A stretch of 55,969 nucleotides of DNA from Folioceros fuciformis (GCA_049999805.1 JBNGIO010006320.1:227624-283592), one strand, 5' to 3'. Positions 38,501 through 52,600 are shown, counted from the stretch's first letter. A program made the numbers and translations. The notes: generated by a model not told the origin, from the letters alone.

Positions 38501-39158
38501 CATAATCAATGCAAGGCAGTGATTTACCAGATGTGCTAACAGACGTGATTCTGTTGCATTGTGTGGTGTCGAGTAGTGACAGATCGGCGTGCTAGCCCGA
38601 AAGACTTGAAGAAGAAAGCTAGTTTTTCAGGAGAGAGGTCTAGTATAGGAGAGTCTGTGGATAAGCTAAGCATGCGAGAGGTGTCTGAGCGGTCAAAACT
38701 TTTCGAAGGTGGGTCTTCGAGCGGCGGCAGTAGCTTCACCCCACAAGTGCGCTCAGCGGCCGAGATCAGGGCTAAGTATGGCCACCCATCTGCAAGCGTA
38801 TGTTCCGGATCCTTCAGCTGTTCCTGACGTTGTGAATCCGGCCGGTTACTTCGGTTGGTGGTCTGATCACGTGGTTGCTGTACGTGACTGGGTTTGCAGG
38901 ACATTGGAGGTGCCGCACGGGAGGCGAGACACAAGCTCGCGGAGCGTGGAGAGAGGCTGCAGGTCTGTCAGCCTTCACTCCGTGGCTGTTAAAGGACCCA
39001 ACTGCCCGTGTGAGATCGGTTTAACAGTTTTGTCATCTTGCGTCTAACAGGCGGTCCAGGACAAAACTCAAGATCTTGAAGCTGGAGCTGCTAATTTTGC
39101 TTCCATGGCAGAGGAACTTGCAAAGAAGATGGAAGGGAAGAAATGGTGGGAGCTTTAA
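32502..39158 (+). CDS. Tomosyn/Lethal-giant-larvae-like WD40 protein with C-terminal R-SNARE motif, multi-exon
   Basis: MLNKLL start, then GHSGVPATALLLAYEPAQRLLAVGTR/DGRVKLFG, YIGDESG, RILIAYSIGLVVLW, LAVGYLNGDIGLW, YLSGHKDGTVQLWDAT, SALDFCPTSGLLVVAHEKGLV, ELDIDDIDID, RSAAEIRAKYG, and C-terminal ...KLAERGERLQ...DLEAGAANFASMAEELAKKMEGKKWWEL*. Confidence 0.92.
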
Positions 39159-40402
39159 CGTGGCTAAGATCTTTCTTGACACCTTGTTTGGTTTGATGTG
39201 AACGTGTTGCTGTGTTTTGAGTGCTCTGTTTAACGCGGGGAAACAATCCACAATCCCACTCATCGTTCATTGTACAGCTATACCGACGAGCATCGTCTGA
39301 CTGAGATTTGTGTGGCCCTCTCCTTCACAACCCCTGACTGCATTCGTAACAGCGTTGTGGTGAATCTCTCCTGTCCCCAGCCGTACCGGCGACGGCGCTC
39401 CGCGACGAAGCCGATGGACCTGGGCGACAAGACGGTGAGACGTACCTCCACAGCGTGCCGCCTGCCTGCCTGCATGCTTTCGCTGGTAGACCGTGCTCTC
39501 GGCACTGTTCCAGAGACGTGTCCTTCAGAGAGCGACGAAACGTCGAAGCAATCAGCGACAGCCTCATCAGCCATCGGTGTGTCCCCTCCTGGAACATTCT
39601 CGTCCTTACGGTTAGGGTTTCCACCACCTTAGCAAGCCCTGAGGCAACTGGTGGCACGGGGGAAAGAATTTCCAGCTACGGGAATTCGGGATTTTGGGTA
39701 GATCATTGAATAGTACCCTCGCCACAAGGCGGGTCAGCAATGGCTCGCATAGTACATCCAAGGCACCGCGTTGCCAAAATCAACGTGAAGTTCGCGCCAA
39801 GTGTGTAAAGCCATTGTTCTTGTGTCCTCCTGGATCGCTCATTTGATTTATGTTTATGCACCCACTGTGCAAGAAGGAATCTTACATATACTTATAAATT
39901 AGCCTGGAAGGAAAGCTACGGGTGAGCCGGAAGGGAGCTATCTTTTGCACTCCACTCCCACGGAGGCATGCTTCTTTTTCTTCAAACTACACTCTCCTTG
40001 TGCAAAAGTCATTCACAAGTTGGATGGTTGAAAAGCCCAACCCTGAATGTGCAGTACTTGGGGCTGTGATTAAAAAATCGTTCAGTATGTCTCTGTCCGT
40101 CTTGCTTAAACTTCGTTTTTGCCCGAGACGAAGTGACAAATCCTGCTTGCAAATCACGAAAAGCGTTTGACAGGTCTCCATGTTCTTTTCGGGATGCCTA
40201 ATGTAAGTCTAATGAAGCAAAGCTTGGAAGGTACACGTCAGGATCCGGAGCTGCTCGTGTGCGATGCNNNNNNNNNNNNNNNNNNNNNNNNNNNNNNNNN
40301 NNNNNNNNNNNNNNNNNNNNNNNNNNNNNNNNNNNNNNNNNNNNNNNNNNNNNNNNNNNNNNNNNNNGGTGGCGACGTTGTGAGCCGGGCGACTTGCGCG
40401 CG

Positions 40403-40435
40403 TGGAGTGGAGTGGAGTGGAGTGGAGTGGAGTGG
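40403..40435. repeat. (GGAGT)n microsatellite next to an assembly gap
   Basis: tggagtggagtggagtggagtggagtggagtgg. Confidence 0.9.
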
Positions 40436-40739
40436 TACACACTTGGACGGAAAGGACAGGGTCAGGCTTCAGGAGCCGACTTCGCAGTGATGCAAAAGAG
40501 GGAAGTCGTTCTTTCCTACAGGAGTCTGGGCCCCGGGATGCAGTTCGGAGGACGTGGGCTGCGGCTACGAGTGGGCCGCATGTGGAGCGGAGCGCCACCC
40601 AGGTGCCCTTCAATCATACAGGTTTGCGTGTACTTACATAGGTACCCACCTGCATTCCTGAATGAAAACGGGTGAAAAGAGGAACGAGTGTCGAAACTGT
40701 GTGAGTCAGTGATCCCGGGAGGGACGTGGGCGTGATGAA

Positions 40740-43700
40740 ATGGCAGGCACCAGCTATTGCTGCTGCTCCTGTCCTTCTTCTCCCGCCACCGCCTGCTCCA
40801 CGTCTTACGCTTCCCGCCTCGGCCTGAGCTCCAGCTCCAGCTCCATCTGGATCTCCCGTCGCTTAAGCTTGAGGGATAAGAGGCCAAGTTCTACGGGGAT
40901 CTCAGGTCTGTGCCTGTCTCTGTCCTTGTTCCGCTCCGCAATCTGCTCCCATCTGCCCCCTCGCGAATCCCGACTCATCAATCCCGACTCGCGAATTTCG
41001 CTCTCCTGCCTCTGCGGCCCCCCGTTCACGCCTTTTCTCTGCACGGCCAATATTTGATCGACGTGCCAGAATGCGCCGTGCCGTGCACCGGGTCCCATTG
41101 ACGCCCACTCTCTTACCCGGTGTGCCGTATTCCTAGCTGCAGTCGCCGTGGGCGCGGCCAGGCCCAGTCGCTCCCGCGCAGCTGCCGTCGGTCGCAGCGC
41201 TGCAGCCAGCATGTACCCTGGGAAGCGGGAGCTGTGCTCGGAAGGGGACGCGACCTGGAAGCTCTGGGAGAATGGGAAGAAGCCCAAGCTCAAGGTGGGT
41301 GGGTGCGTGGGACTGTGCGGGCCTTGTGGGCTGCTCCCGCTCTCGGTCTCTTATCCCGATGTCACGGTGGGTGGCGCAGGCTGGGGCTGGGGACGCGGTG
41401 GAGTCAGGGTATGAGAACGATTATGGAGGGGATGGGGAGCCCCTGCTGCGCCATTCTAGTACTACTCCAATTGATTGGGGAGCAGTCTCCTTGCTGTAAG
41501 CCGCACCCTTTTGTCTGCGGGAGCAGGGAAAGTGGCTGGGTCGTGACTCAGCCTTTTTTTTTTTTGTTCCCTCCTTCGCAGCTTCTTGTTCCCAGCTCTC
41601 GGGGGACTCTTGTTTGGGTATGACATTGGTGCCACGTCGGGAGCTTCCATTTCCTTGACGGTAGTGGGATTTTCAAACCGAGCTTCTGTTTTCAATGCTG
41701 CTGCCTCCGGAACTGACTTGCCCTGTCCTCTGTATTTGTGTAGTCACCGGAGCTGAGTGGGACTCAGTGGTATGATTTGGCATCATGGCAAACTGGCTTG
41801 GTGGTGAGGGCTCGAGTCTGATCCCCAGTTGGTGAACAATGCGGAAGCATGTGGCGTAACTGGTATTAATGATGTTTCTGGGGTCGTGCAGGTGAGCGGG
41901 TCACTCTACGGTGCTCTGCTGGGTTCAATACTGGCATTCAACATTGCCGATTTCCTAGGTACTTGGTTTGCAAACGCTTTTGCCTCTACTCTTGGGATAA
42001 TGGGAGGGCGGGCTACAGCTTTCTGACTCGCTTTAAGGTGTCTGTCTTTGCAGGTCGTCGCAGAGAGCTGATCGTTGCATCTCTGATTTACGGAGTAGGT
42101 GCTGTGATAACAGCAGTTGCAACCAACTATGCTGTGCTGGTCATCGGCCGGCTCCTTTTTGGAGTAGGGATAGGTTTGGTATGTCGTCTTACCCGATTCC
42201 TTTCAACCATTCTTGTCTTTGCTTGGACATCTGTCACCTCACTTTGGGACTTGGTCATTAACGAAGCTCATCCTTGTACACCTCATGGGCACAGGCCATG
42301 CATGCAGCTCCCATGTACATTGCCGAAACGTCTCCCCCAAAAGTTCGTGGGACGCTCATTTCTCTCAAGGAGGCATTCATTGTCTTGGGCATGCTGGTGA
42401 GCAGTGGAAGGAGGCTACCCACCTTTGAAGCTGGCTGGCCCTTCAGGGTATGCTCATCCACAGGGCTGGCCCTGTTTTTGTGTGCAGCTAGGGTACCTAG
42501 TAGGTTCTGTTGAGATTGACAACGTTGGGGGATGGAGGATCATGTATGGAGCGGCCCTGCCTATTGCCTTGGTGATGGGAGTAGGGGTGTGGTGGCTGCC
42601 CCCATCCCCACGGTGGCTGCTTCTCTGTGCTGTCCAAGGCAAGGGGAACGTTGAAGAGCTTAAGGAGAGGGCGGCGGCATCCATTCGAAGATGTGGAAGT
42701 AGTAGAGCTAATGACGAGGACGTCCAGGAGCAGTTAGATGATACCTTGTCCTCTCTAGGAGGAGGAGAGGAGATCACCTTCGTGGAGTTATTCCAGGGCC
42801 TTAACTTGAAAGCTCTGACTGTAGGAGCCGGGCTGGTCTTCTTCCAACAGGTTGCCCCAGCTCAACTCGTCTTGCTCATGTCCGTGCCAGGGGCAAGTTG
42901 CAGCTGGGCATACCACCCATGGCTCCAATGATTGATTAACAAGAACTTGGCCTTGTAGGTGACTGGCCAGCCGAGCGTTTTATACTATGCAGCTCCAATT
43001 TTTCAGGTTAGTGTTGTCTGTCATCGCAGTTGTTGACCTTGGAGGTAGCAATGTGCTCTGACATGAACCCGTGCTTGGTAAACAGTCTGCGGGTTTCAGT
43101 GCAGCCGCGGATGCTACCAAGCTCTCCGTCTTGTTGGGCTTCTTCAAGGTGACTGAGCATACAACCTACTTGGGCTCTTGACTACTTTAGACGATCTTTT
43201 GTCCACGTCGACCGTTTGTCCTCTCCTTATAACTAACGGGCTTTCCAAATGGCTCCCTGGCTGCTTCGCTTGTGGTTGTCTTCCTTTGTCTGTTCGCTGC
43301 AGCTGCTCATGACTGGGATTGCTGTCTTCAACGTCGACAAACTTGGGCGAAGGCCTCTACTCATTTCCGGCGTCAGTGGAATCGTGCGTGGTCACCTAAC
43401 CCAGCTTGTCCACCCCCACTTTTGCTCCGCAGGCTTACGTCTAGAAACGTGACGTACACCTTCTCCTCTCCCTTGCAGGTTGTCAGCCTCCTCCTCCTGG
43501 CGGGCTACTACTCGTTCGCCCAAGGATTCCCAATCCTGGCTGTCGTTGCCCTCCTCTTGTACGTGGGTTGCTATCAGGTGAGCCACGTCAAGCCCTCTGT
43601 CCCTCGAATGGAACGTGGCACCAATTTTCCTTGTCTTCCATCAAATTTGAATCTCACGCATCTCTCTCATCCCTGCAGGTATCTTTTGGGCCTGTCTCAT

Positions 43701-44080
43701 GGTTGATGGTGTCGGAGATCTTCCCCCTGCGATCACGAGGCCGAGCTCTGAGCCTGACCACCCTCGTTAATTTCGCCTCCAACGCAGTGGTGGCTTTCGC
43801 CTTCGCTCCTCTCCAGGTGACTTCTTTTCTCACGCACTCTACTCTATGCTCTTTGCGAATCAGGATACTTGAAAACCAGCTTCCTCAACCTAAGCATCTT
43901 CCTCTCCTTTCCTTTCCTTTGCCCTGACAGGCTGCGGTGGGTGCATCCGTCACATTCCTCATCTTCGGGGCCATCGGAGTGGGCTCCTTGGCCTTCATCG
44001 TCATCAGTGTCCCTGAAACGAAGGGCCTGACCCTGGAGGAGATCGAAGCAAAGTTGCTGGGAACGCGGCCTGATGACTGA
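40740..44080 (+). CDS. MFS monosaccharide transporter, VGT/xylose-proton-symporter-like family, with transit-peptide-like extension (plastidic pSuT-like)
   Basis: Spliced motifs FLFPALGGLLFGYDIGATSGA, SPELSGTQWY, VSGSLYGALLGS, DFLGRRRELI, AMHAAPMYIAET, RGTLISLKE, PPSPRWLLL, FQQVTGQPSVLYYA, VDKLGRRPLL, YQVSFGPVSWLMVSEIFPLR, PETKGLTLEEIE. Ser-rich N-terminus; the first exons are less certain. Confidence 0.9.
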
Positions 44081-44996
44081 GGAGATGAGACAGATATGTC
44101 ATATACAGATCGCCTCTGAGAAGATTAGATCACAGTAACTAGTGTAGCAGACACGTGGTGCCTGCCCCACTACAGCGGATCTTTGATGCCACCGACCTTT
44201 CACTGTATTCACCCCCGGTGCCTTTTTCTCAGTGCGCCAGCCACATCTCAAGCCAATAACGCCGTGCCACTCTCCCATTCCAGTTTGGCGATTCCTATGG
44301 CCGGGTTGGCCGGGTGGAGGCAACGGAAACAGGCGGGGCCCGACTGGACCCGACCCGGCCCATGTCAGCCCATCCCAGCCCAGGACGTCTCTCTCAGTCT
44401 TCGGTCTCCTCACTGTGATCTTTGAGGGGTGGGGAGAGCTCCATCATCTCGTGGTTCCACCATTCTCGCTTCTGCCATTGACGCTTGACTTCAACGCTGG
44501 GTGGAGCTTGGGGTTTGTTTCGTTTCGGGGCGGCAATCTGCGGACTCGGCCCTGGTTTCGCGCTAACCACCCGCCCCGTTCCTCTGTGGGTTCTTTGAAT
44601 TCTGACCCCACACAAAGTTCTAGTCCTTCCCTTCTCGCTTTCCGTCGTCGGTCTATACCTTGGCTTGGCTTGCCTTCTTCTCCGCGCCTCCATCTCCTTA
44701 CTTACGTCCTCCGCCGAGCGTTTGACCCGCTCTACGCGACTTGAGCTTATTCGACTTTTGCAGAATCGTGTACGTGGGGGGCAGGCAAGTCCCTGCAGGG
44801 CTGGCTTTCGTCTGAGGGTCAGCAGAAGCAGACTGTGAGCTGCCTGTTTCCCGGGGCCCTCCTTCATCTGTGCGTGGTGGTTGCGGTGGCAGGCCGGCAC
44901 GGGCGGGCGGGCTTTTAGACCCGCCTTGGGCTTTCGGGTGATGGGAGTGCTGCTGACCGAAGCTCAGGCATAACGGGCTCCAGGCGGCTGGCCACA

Positions 44997-46978
44997 ATGA
45001 CAGGGAAGAAGCCCTTCAGTCGACCTTTTCGGCCGACCATCAATGTTCAGGTCGCCAAGCAGGAGGCCACTATACCAGAGTTTTTGTAAGCACGGCCACT
45101 GAATTTCAATGCTGCGCGTCATGTTCATCCCTTCGTGTTGTTGTGCGGGGTTAGGTTGGTGTGTATGCGGAATGCTCCTTTCCTGTGCTGCTAATTCGAC
45201 AGTGCAGTTTCTGGGGAACGAGAGTGGAGGCATTTGCTTCAAACGCTGTCACGGGGCTGAGTCTGCTGCTCTCGTCGTGGTGGGGAGTGTTCACGTGTTA
45301 GTGTTGGAGGGTTAAGTGGGTTAAGATAGGGATGTGTTTGCTTTGCAGCACGGCGAGTGGCACTTTCAGGTGCGAGGACATGATATTGAACAAGGAAGGA
45401 CTGAAGCTTGTCTCCAAGGCTAACGAAGAGGCTGGTGCCAGCGTAAGGGTTTCTCTACTCGTGTTTTGCTCCGCTTTGAGCCACACCTGTTCATGTTTCC
45501 TGATAGTACGCTGTGGGCACTTGGTATGGACTCTAAAGCCTGCAGCAGATGCTCAGTTCACGCTTGCGGATTTGGAAACTATTAAAGTGATAGGGAAGGG
45601 CAGTGGCGGTCTTGTACACCTTGTCCGTCACAAGTGGACAAACGAGATATACGCCTTGAAGGTTCGTTGCCTTCCAGCACGGGTTTTCCTCGACCATGTC
45701 CGGCTGACGGATCTGACCTTCTGTCAATTTGCTTGTCCCCGTGAAGGTGATACAAATGAACATACAGGAGACCGCGCGCAGGCAGATAGTGCAAGAGCTG
45801 AAAATCAACAAAGCAACTGAGTGCAAGTATGTGGTGGTTTGCTATCATGCTTTCTACCAGAATGGAGCCATATCTATCCTGCTTGAGTATATGGACGGTG
45901 GATCTCTTGCTGACATCGTGAAGAATAACCAAGTTCCAGAGCCTCACCTGTCATTGATCAGTCGGCAGGTTTGTGCATCTCAGTAGTTGCATATCTAATC
46001 TTTTCGACTGAATTTATGTTTGTGAGTTGGCTCTACCTTTGTTGTCTGTGCCACTGCCCTCCTGCTCCGACTGTAAGGTGGTAACCCTTCTCTTTGGACT
46101 CATATGCAGGTGCTTCAAGGTCTGCAGTATTTGCACCATGCGAAGCGCATTATACATCGAGATATCAAGCCGTCAAATCTTTTACTGAATCACAATAGTG
46201 AGGCCAAAATCACTGACTTCGGTGTCAGTGCAATTCTTGAACACTCCATGGCCGAAAGGGACTCATTCATTGGCACATATACATATATGTCGGTAAGTTC
46301 ACCCCTTGCGCACATCTCTCTGTCATTTGCCAGGCTTGCTGAGCAGATCTGACTCCTGAATTTTCCGTGTTGATTCTCGTCTGCAAGATTGAACTAACCT
46401 TGATAGCTGGTATGAATACAACAGCCGGAGCGAATAACTGGTAGCAACTACTCGTACGACAGTGACATCTGGAGCTTGGGTCTGACGCTGCTCGAGTGTG
46501 CACTGGGGCGGTTCCCGTACCGGCGTTGGTTGAATTTCTACGAGCTCTTGCAAGCGATTGTTGAGCAGCCACCTCCCGTGCCCCCTGCAGACCAGTTTTC
46601 TCCAGAGTTCTGCTCATTCATATCCGGGTGGTGAGTTAGATTTTCATCACTTCATAGTCTCTGCATTTATGTCGAAGCCATGTTTTCCGAACGGTCTTTT
46701 GCTGAAGGCATGCCGGATCTCTTGAATAGGCCCGGGTTTTAACATTTTGGGTTGTGTGACACAGCCTGCAGAAGGATCCGAAGCACCGCCTGAGTATTGC
46801 CCAACTATTGGTAGGTCTCGGTCTGCTCAAACTGACGCATACGATATCCAGTTTCCGCTGCCAACTTAGATCTGGTGCTTGGTTTTGTTTGCAGGATCAC
46901 CCTTTCTTGAAGAAGTACGAGAACGAGCAGATTAGCCTGTCTGAACTCATACCTGCGACCTCGTCTGCTCCAGAGTAA
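44997..46978 (+). CDS. Group A MAP kinase kinase (MKK1/2/6 clade), multi-exon
   Basis: Basic docking N-terminus [62 protein letters not shown], activation loop SMAERDS (S-x5-S), [32 protein letters not shown]; stop at 46976-46978. Confidence 0.95.
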
Positions 46979-47564
46979 GGCTGGAAGATGAAGAGGTTGA
47001 TATAGTGCTTGCCGCCTCCCCTCAAATGTTACTTTTCACCTTGCCGTGGCGCAGCCGAAGTCGATGTGTAGCCATAATACTTCAAGAATCCCACCGTTTC
47101 ATTCGTGTCTTCCGGAGACGGGTCCATGTGGCTCTTCTCTCCTGTCTTTTATATTCCTCGTAAATCAGTGTTGGATGGTTTCCGTCCCAACATGAACTGT
47201 GAAATTGTGCCTAGCCGGTTGAAATTACTGTACGCACATGGAGGTCGAGAACTGGAGACTCTACCTCTGAAGCAGGCAGCGGTGATTGCATACCACGCGC
47301 TACCCAACGTCACATGGCGTCTTCAAATATTACGGCCAGTAGGTTGGCCTCCGGAAGTCTTGGCAATCTCTGTACTTTAAGGATTTCAGATTTCGAGTAT
47401 GTGTTTGCTACGGACAACTGCTTTGAATTTCAAGTGTTCATAATCAGTGGATTATGTAATCTCAATTGGTTGTAGATTTCCACTCTGGAGATCTTTCTGA
47501 CGGGTTGAGTTCAAGGGCAGAAAGGTGCATTGCACCCTGGGAGGATGGGTGACAGGAAAACTAT

Positions 47565-47636
47565 TCCAGGCTGCCCAGAAATTTGCAGTAGCCAATAACG
47601 TCCAGGTTGCCCAGAAATTTGCAGTAGGCAATAACA
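47565..47636. repeat. 36-bp tandem duplication between convergent gene ends
   Basis: tccaggctgcccagaaatttgcagtagccaataac at 47565 and a near-identical copy at 47601. Confidence 0.85.
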
Positions 47637-47686
47637 ATGAAGAAATATACAACGTGCGAATAGCTTCCGACATCGTTCAATGGCTA

Positions 47687-50643
47687 CTATGCTGTGCAGA
47701 GGCTCTCGAAGCCCATGTATTCTCCTGCTTGAAACCTCTGCACGTTTCTGATGATTCCAACGATCCCTGCATAAAAGGAGGTAGCAGCTGGATCAAGCTG
47801 GAAGGACTGACAAAACAAGCAGGACGCCTACGGGCAAAGTTTGGCCCTCTGCGTACCCATGGTGAAGGCGCTTATGACAATGCTGGAAGCTAAAGTGAAC
47901 ACAATGATGGAAGGTCTCTTCAACATCCTGATCAGCTTTGCAACGAAGTACTGACACCAGAAGGCAGATACAATGGCCAACACGACCAGGTACGATCCTG
48001 TACAGAGAGCAGGAACTTGGAGGTGAGAGCGAGGCTGTGGAGAGACTGCACGATGCAAGGGCAGGTGATAAGAGACCACTCACCATAGGTGATGGGGATG
48101 CGGCCCAAGAGGTAGTACTCGATGACCGACATGGATGACGAGAAGATCATGACGAACGTTGCCGTTGCACTTGTCACCTGCGGGCAGGTAGCATTGAGCT
48201 GAACGCATTGAAGCACACACACAAATACCGGCGCAAACAGAACATGCCCTGTAGCTAGAAGCGCAGCCCAGATTTGGTTTCTCACCTGAGGACTGATGCC
48301 TATTTTCAGAAGCTGAGGGCCCTGAATGTCCAGAGCCCAACCCAAGACACATTTCTCATCATGGTGACCTTACCAAGCCTGCATACACCTGGACATGAAC
48401 AAGTTGCAGTGAGAAACCCGTAAGCCAGTATTGTGAGTTGCAACNNNNNNNNNNNNNNNNNNNNNNNNNNNNNNNNNNNNNNNNNNNNNNNNNNNNNNNN
48501 NNNNNNNNNNNNNNNNNNNNNNNNNNNNNNNNNNNNNNNNNNNNACATTCCCCCAACAACCCCAGCGGATATCCCGAAGACGCAGCAGGACGCAAGCTCC
48601 GCCACGGTCCATTCGACTAGATCCTCCTCCCCCCATTCCTTCACGCTCTTCTGTTTGCCTTTATTGTACAAACCGATTACTGTGCGAATGGTCACAGAGA
48701 AGGCCACTGGAACCTAATGGTGCCAAAGCAATACCTTAGCTCTCGTGAACGAGCTCAATGACAGTGAAAATCCACGGGAATTCTAGAATTTGACGGGTGG
48801 GATCTACCTGCACTAGGTTGAGCACCCAGTATGTCGCTCCACATTCTGGCACGTTGATCTGGACTCAAGAACAGAACACATGTCAAGCGCTGTTGGAAGG
48901 AATGTCATCAGTCCCTGAAATTTTGCAGCCCTGAGGCCTCCTGATCACACTGTCTGCCCCTGCTAAATCCTGAGGGAGTGCCCTTGGATAAATGCAAGCG
49001 CACCTTGACGACTTGGATTACGAGAAATACAAGCCAAACCAACCAAAGGAGACCGAGGGCTCTGAAATCCACATGTTTCCACCATCTTTCCACGTCCTCC
49101 TGCAGAAGTGCAGATCTCGAGTTATTATCGTTTACTTGAGCGGGTCGGGGCTAATTTGTGGGATATACATTTTAAACCTCACGTCGTACTGGCTGGAAGC
49201 ATCTCTGGCGGGAGGTCGCACGCTGTCTCCAGGTTCAACTGGTCAGAGTCAGCCATAGCGGTTGTGTCAGAGCCTGGCTTACGCATGGAAAGCATCAACG
49301 TTCGACAATCTGTGACACAATAGTAATACTGAGATACTATTGCGTTGATCTGAAAGCATTCACTCGTGTTTCATTGCAAATGGACCACCTTCTTGATTGG
49401 AGCTTTCCTGTAGTAGTAGCATCTGCCGGCACACCCAAGGACGGATGTTAGAATGGGGAAATCTATCATAGATGGTCTCAGAAAGAAGCGACTTCAGATT
49501 TGTGCAGATCGAGACTGCGAATCATACAAAGAGAGTGATGTCGGACCTGATTCCGTGCGTCCTCTCGATTCCACGCAACGATGGCCTTGACGAAAGCAGA
49601 CCATGAGAGTGCTGCACCCACAGAACGCAACATCAACAACAACTGGCATGGAGAATTTCAAAGAGGGTGTGTGTCGCATTTGGAACAGTGGTGTCAGAAA
49701 GGATTACCACAGAAGATGATAATGAGAAGCGCGACGATCATCCAGTCAGCGAATATAACGTTGAGCGCGATTCCAATGCTGATCCCCAGCAGTAGCATAG
49801 GCTGAAACAGCAGTGCCAGCTCGTAGTCTATAACAGACCGATCGGCGGTAGGTTGCTTCACCTTGAGATTGAAATAGGTGGTGGACGCAGCTCCCCCCAT
49901 GATCATGGCTGCAACGAGAGAGGTGAAGCACTTGACAAGCTACATAGAGCCAGAGCCAGAGCCAGAGCCAGGCTGAGGCCAAAGCAAACATCCACACTGC
50001 ACATCAAAGCGAACGCTGTGCCCAGTACATTTGGAAAGCGCTGTAGCTGTCTTGGAGTCGAAGCCCATGACCAGAATAAGCATGGGTACAAAGATGCCAC
50101 CTCCCCCAACCCCTCCCACACTTCCCAGGGCCGCCCCAAAGAACCCAATGGCACTGCCCACGACCACCCTCCAACTGAACTCGAACTTCTGCAAAACGGA
50201 TTCGAACTGTTACAGGTCTGAATGGAACTCGTTTCAAATCGAAGCATCCGTCACCAGGCAGCGCGCGCAACCCAAGAACGTCATTATACTGGAAGCAAGC
50301 AACTCACCGGCCAGTGAGATCGGAAATCGTCATCTCCAGCGGGCAGATTGTAGCTGTTCAGAAGAAAAGTAAGGAGGCTGAAAGGCTCCTGCCCCGAATT
50401 CTCATCCTGGCGGCCACGGGCGACCACGTCCCCGTCACTGTCACTGGCTCCGCCTGGCTTCCCTGGCGCCGTGCTAGCGCCTCGCGGCTCTGAAATCTTG
50501 ATATGGGTGATATCGAAAGCAGCAGCATCGTCTGCATCAGGGAGGGGGTGCACCACTGCTGCCAGATGAGCAGTGGCCTGAATCAGGATCGTGAGCAGGA
50601 GCAGGACCCCGTACCACCCTCCTCCGCCTCTGAAAGGACTCAT
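47687..50643 (-). CDS. Sulfite exporter TauE/SafE family membrane protein, multi-exon, interrupted by an N gap
   Basis: Signal-like N-terminus, [125 protein letters not shown], and C-terminal EYMGFESLC. Confidence 0.93.
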
Positions 50644-51937
50644 CCTCCTAAACGCACGGCGTCAGCACGGCCCAGCCCGCAGCTCAGCGTGGACAGATCG
50701 ATCTGGCGGCAGGCAGCCCGGATGTGCGTGCTGCAATCCTGCCCGGTGTCCAGGGAGGAGAAACGTCCCGGAGGTCCGCAACCAGGTCTCGGCTCATTTA
50801 TACAGAGGAACAGGACCTGCTCGATCACATACCGAGCGCAGTAAAAGCCTTGCAGCCACGTTCCCATAATCTCTACGACCACGCATCCGCGATGAGCGCG
50901 ACCATCATAATCATTGGGTTCTTTACGCCAACGCGATGCAGATAGATCGCGGATTCCCTCGGCTCGTAAACTCCTTGGGCTGTGGTGGGGTCCGTTCTAT
51001 CGTCTCCCACATCCCGGGAAAGAATCAGAGGGCGCCCACCGCCCAGTGCCTATACATCCATACTCGATGGAAGTTAATGCCTGCCACCGCCCGTGCGGTA
51101 CGGTTGTGCCAGGCCTTACGGCTGGTGGCAAAAGCCATTCCGTTTCGCCCAACGACGCGGCCTTACCAGTTCTCATCCTCCGTCCGTGAGCTGAACCTGC
51201 TGTTACACCAACAGGCATTCCGCGCGGTGTGGCGGTGCGGGCATCACGCGATAGTAAACCATGCGCCAATTACGCTAACAATACCTAGCTTCGTGGCAAC
51301 CAGCATTAACCTTAATGTTCATTGAAGCGATTGCCCAAATTCACGTTTGCTATGTTCAAAGTTTCCGCTTACGCTGACCAAAGGGGTTCAGAGATGATCA
51401 TCGGAGAGCATTTGACTCGGATGCTCTCCGATGATCTTACTTGTCAAGGGCAGCTTTGATTGAGCTTAGTGTACATGGATCGTACTGAGTGCAAAAATTT
51501 TGAGGAGCGGCTTCGGGATACACCATTCATGGTGCAATTGCCTAAACCTGGACACTTCTCACCTGCAGATTTGGAGTGGGTGTGCTCCTCTTAGAGCCAT
51601 TCGAAATGGGCACATGGGCATTAGCGGATTATTCGTGTTGCTCACATCTTGATGATGACAAGGATCTGTGTTTTGATATTGCTGCTATCATGGAACAAAC
51701 CTTACATCAAATTCGGATACTTACAGCTTAGCAGAGAGAGACCTTGGTCACAAATGCCATTACAAGAACTCCCTGTGAATAAAGGTTCAAACAGTTTGCA
51801 ACGGTTGAGAGGGTTTGATGAAGTGCCATGGAGGAAGAAAAAAAGTAGTGACTCGGAAACTGTGACCATCGTTTCAAAGGCAGATTTCTGTAGTAGCTTT
51901 GTTGTCCTTGATCAAAGCTAAGTAGCCTGCATATTGG

Positions 51938-52600
51938 CTTGTCCGTCTCGTTGTAAGCTTTTCTGGAGAGCATTTGACTCTTTTGGAGACAGCGCGTAGA
52001 CAAAATGTGAATTGCCTTCCAAAAGCTTCTTCGGTTCATATTTCCTTCATCTTTGATCGAAACCAGGCATGTTGCACACAGACATGTCCGTCATGTTGTA
52101 AGCTTTTTTGGAGAGCATTTGTAAGCTTTTTTGGAAAGCATTTGACTCTTCTGGAGACAGCAGGTAGACAAAATGTGAACTACCTTCCAAATGCTTCTTC
52201 GGTTCATATCTCCTTCATCTTTGATCGAAACCAGGCGTGCTGCACACCGACGTGTCCGTCATGTTGTAAGCTTTCCATCAAAGATTGATAAGAAAGCATT
52301 TGACTCATCTAGAAAAAGCGGGTAAACAAAAAGTTGACATGCCTGTCAAAGGTGTCTTTCGCTCATATCTCCGTCTTCTTTCATCGGAACCTAGCGTGCT
52401 TCATTTCAGCTTGTCCATCTTGTTGTAAGCTTTCCATTGAAGTATGATAAGAAAGCATTTGACACATCTAGACATTCATACCAGCTTGTCCATCTTGTTG
52501 TAAGCTTTCCATTGAAGTATGATAAGATTGAAACCGATCCAAGCACGCTTCACATCAGCTTGTCCATCTTGTTGTAAGCTTTCCATCGAGGTATGATAGA
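51938..52600. repeat. Degenerate ~160-170 bp tandem repeat (about 3 full plus partial units)
   Basis: caaaatgtgaa at 52001 and 52169, variant at 52327. Recurring ttgtaagcttt, g(a/g)(a/g)agcatttgac and ttgtccatcttgttgtaagctttccat. Confidence 0.85.
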
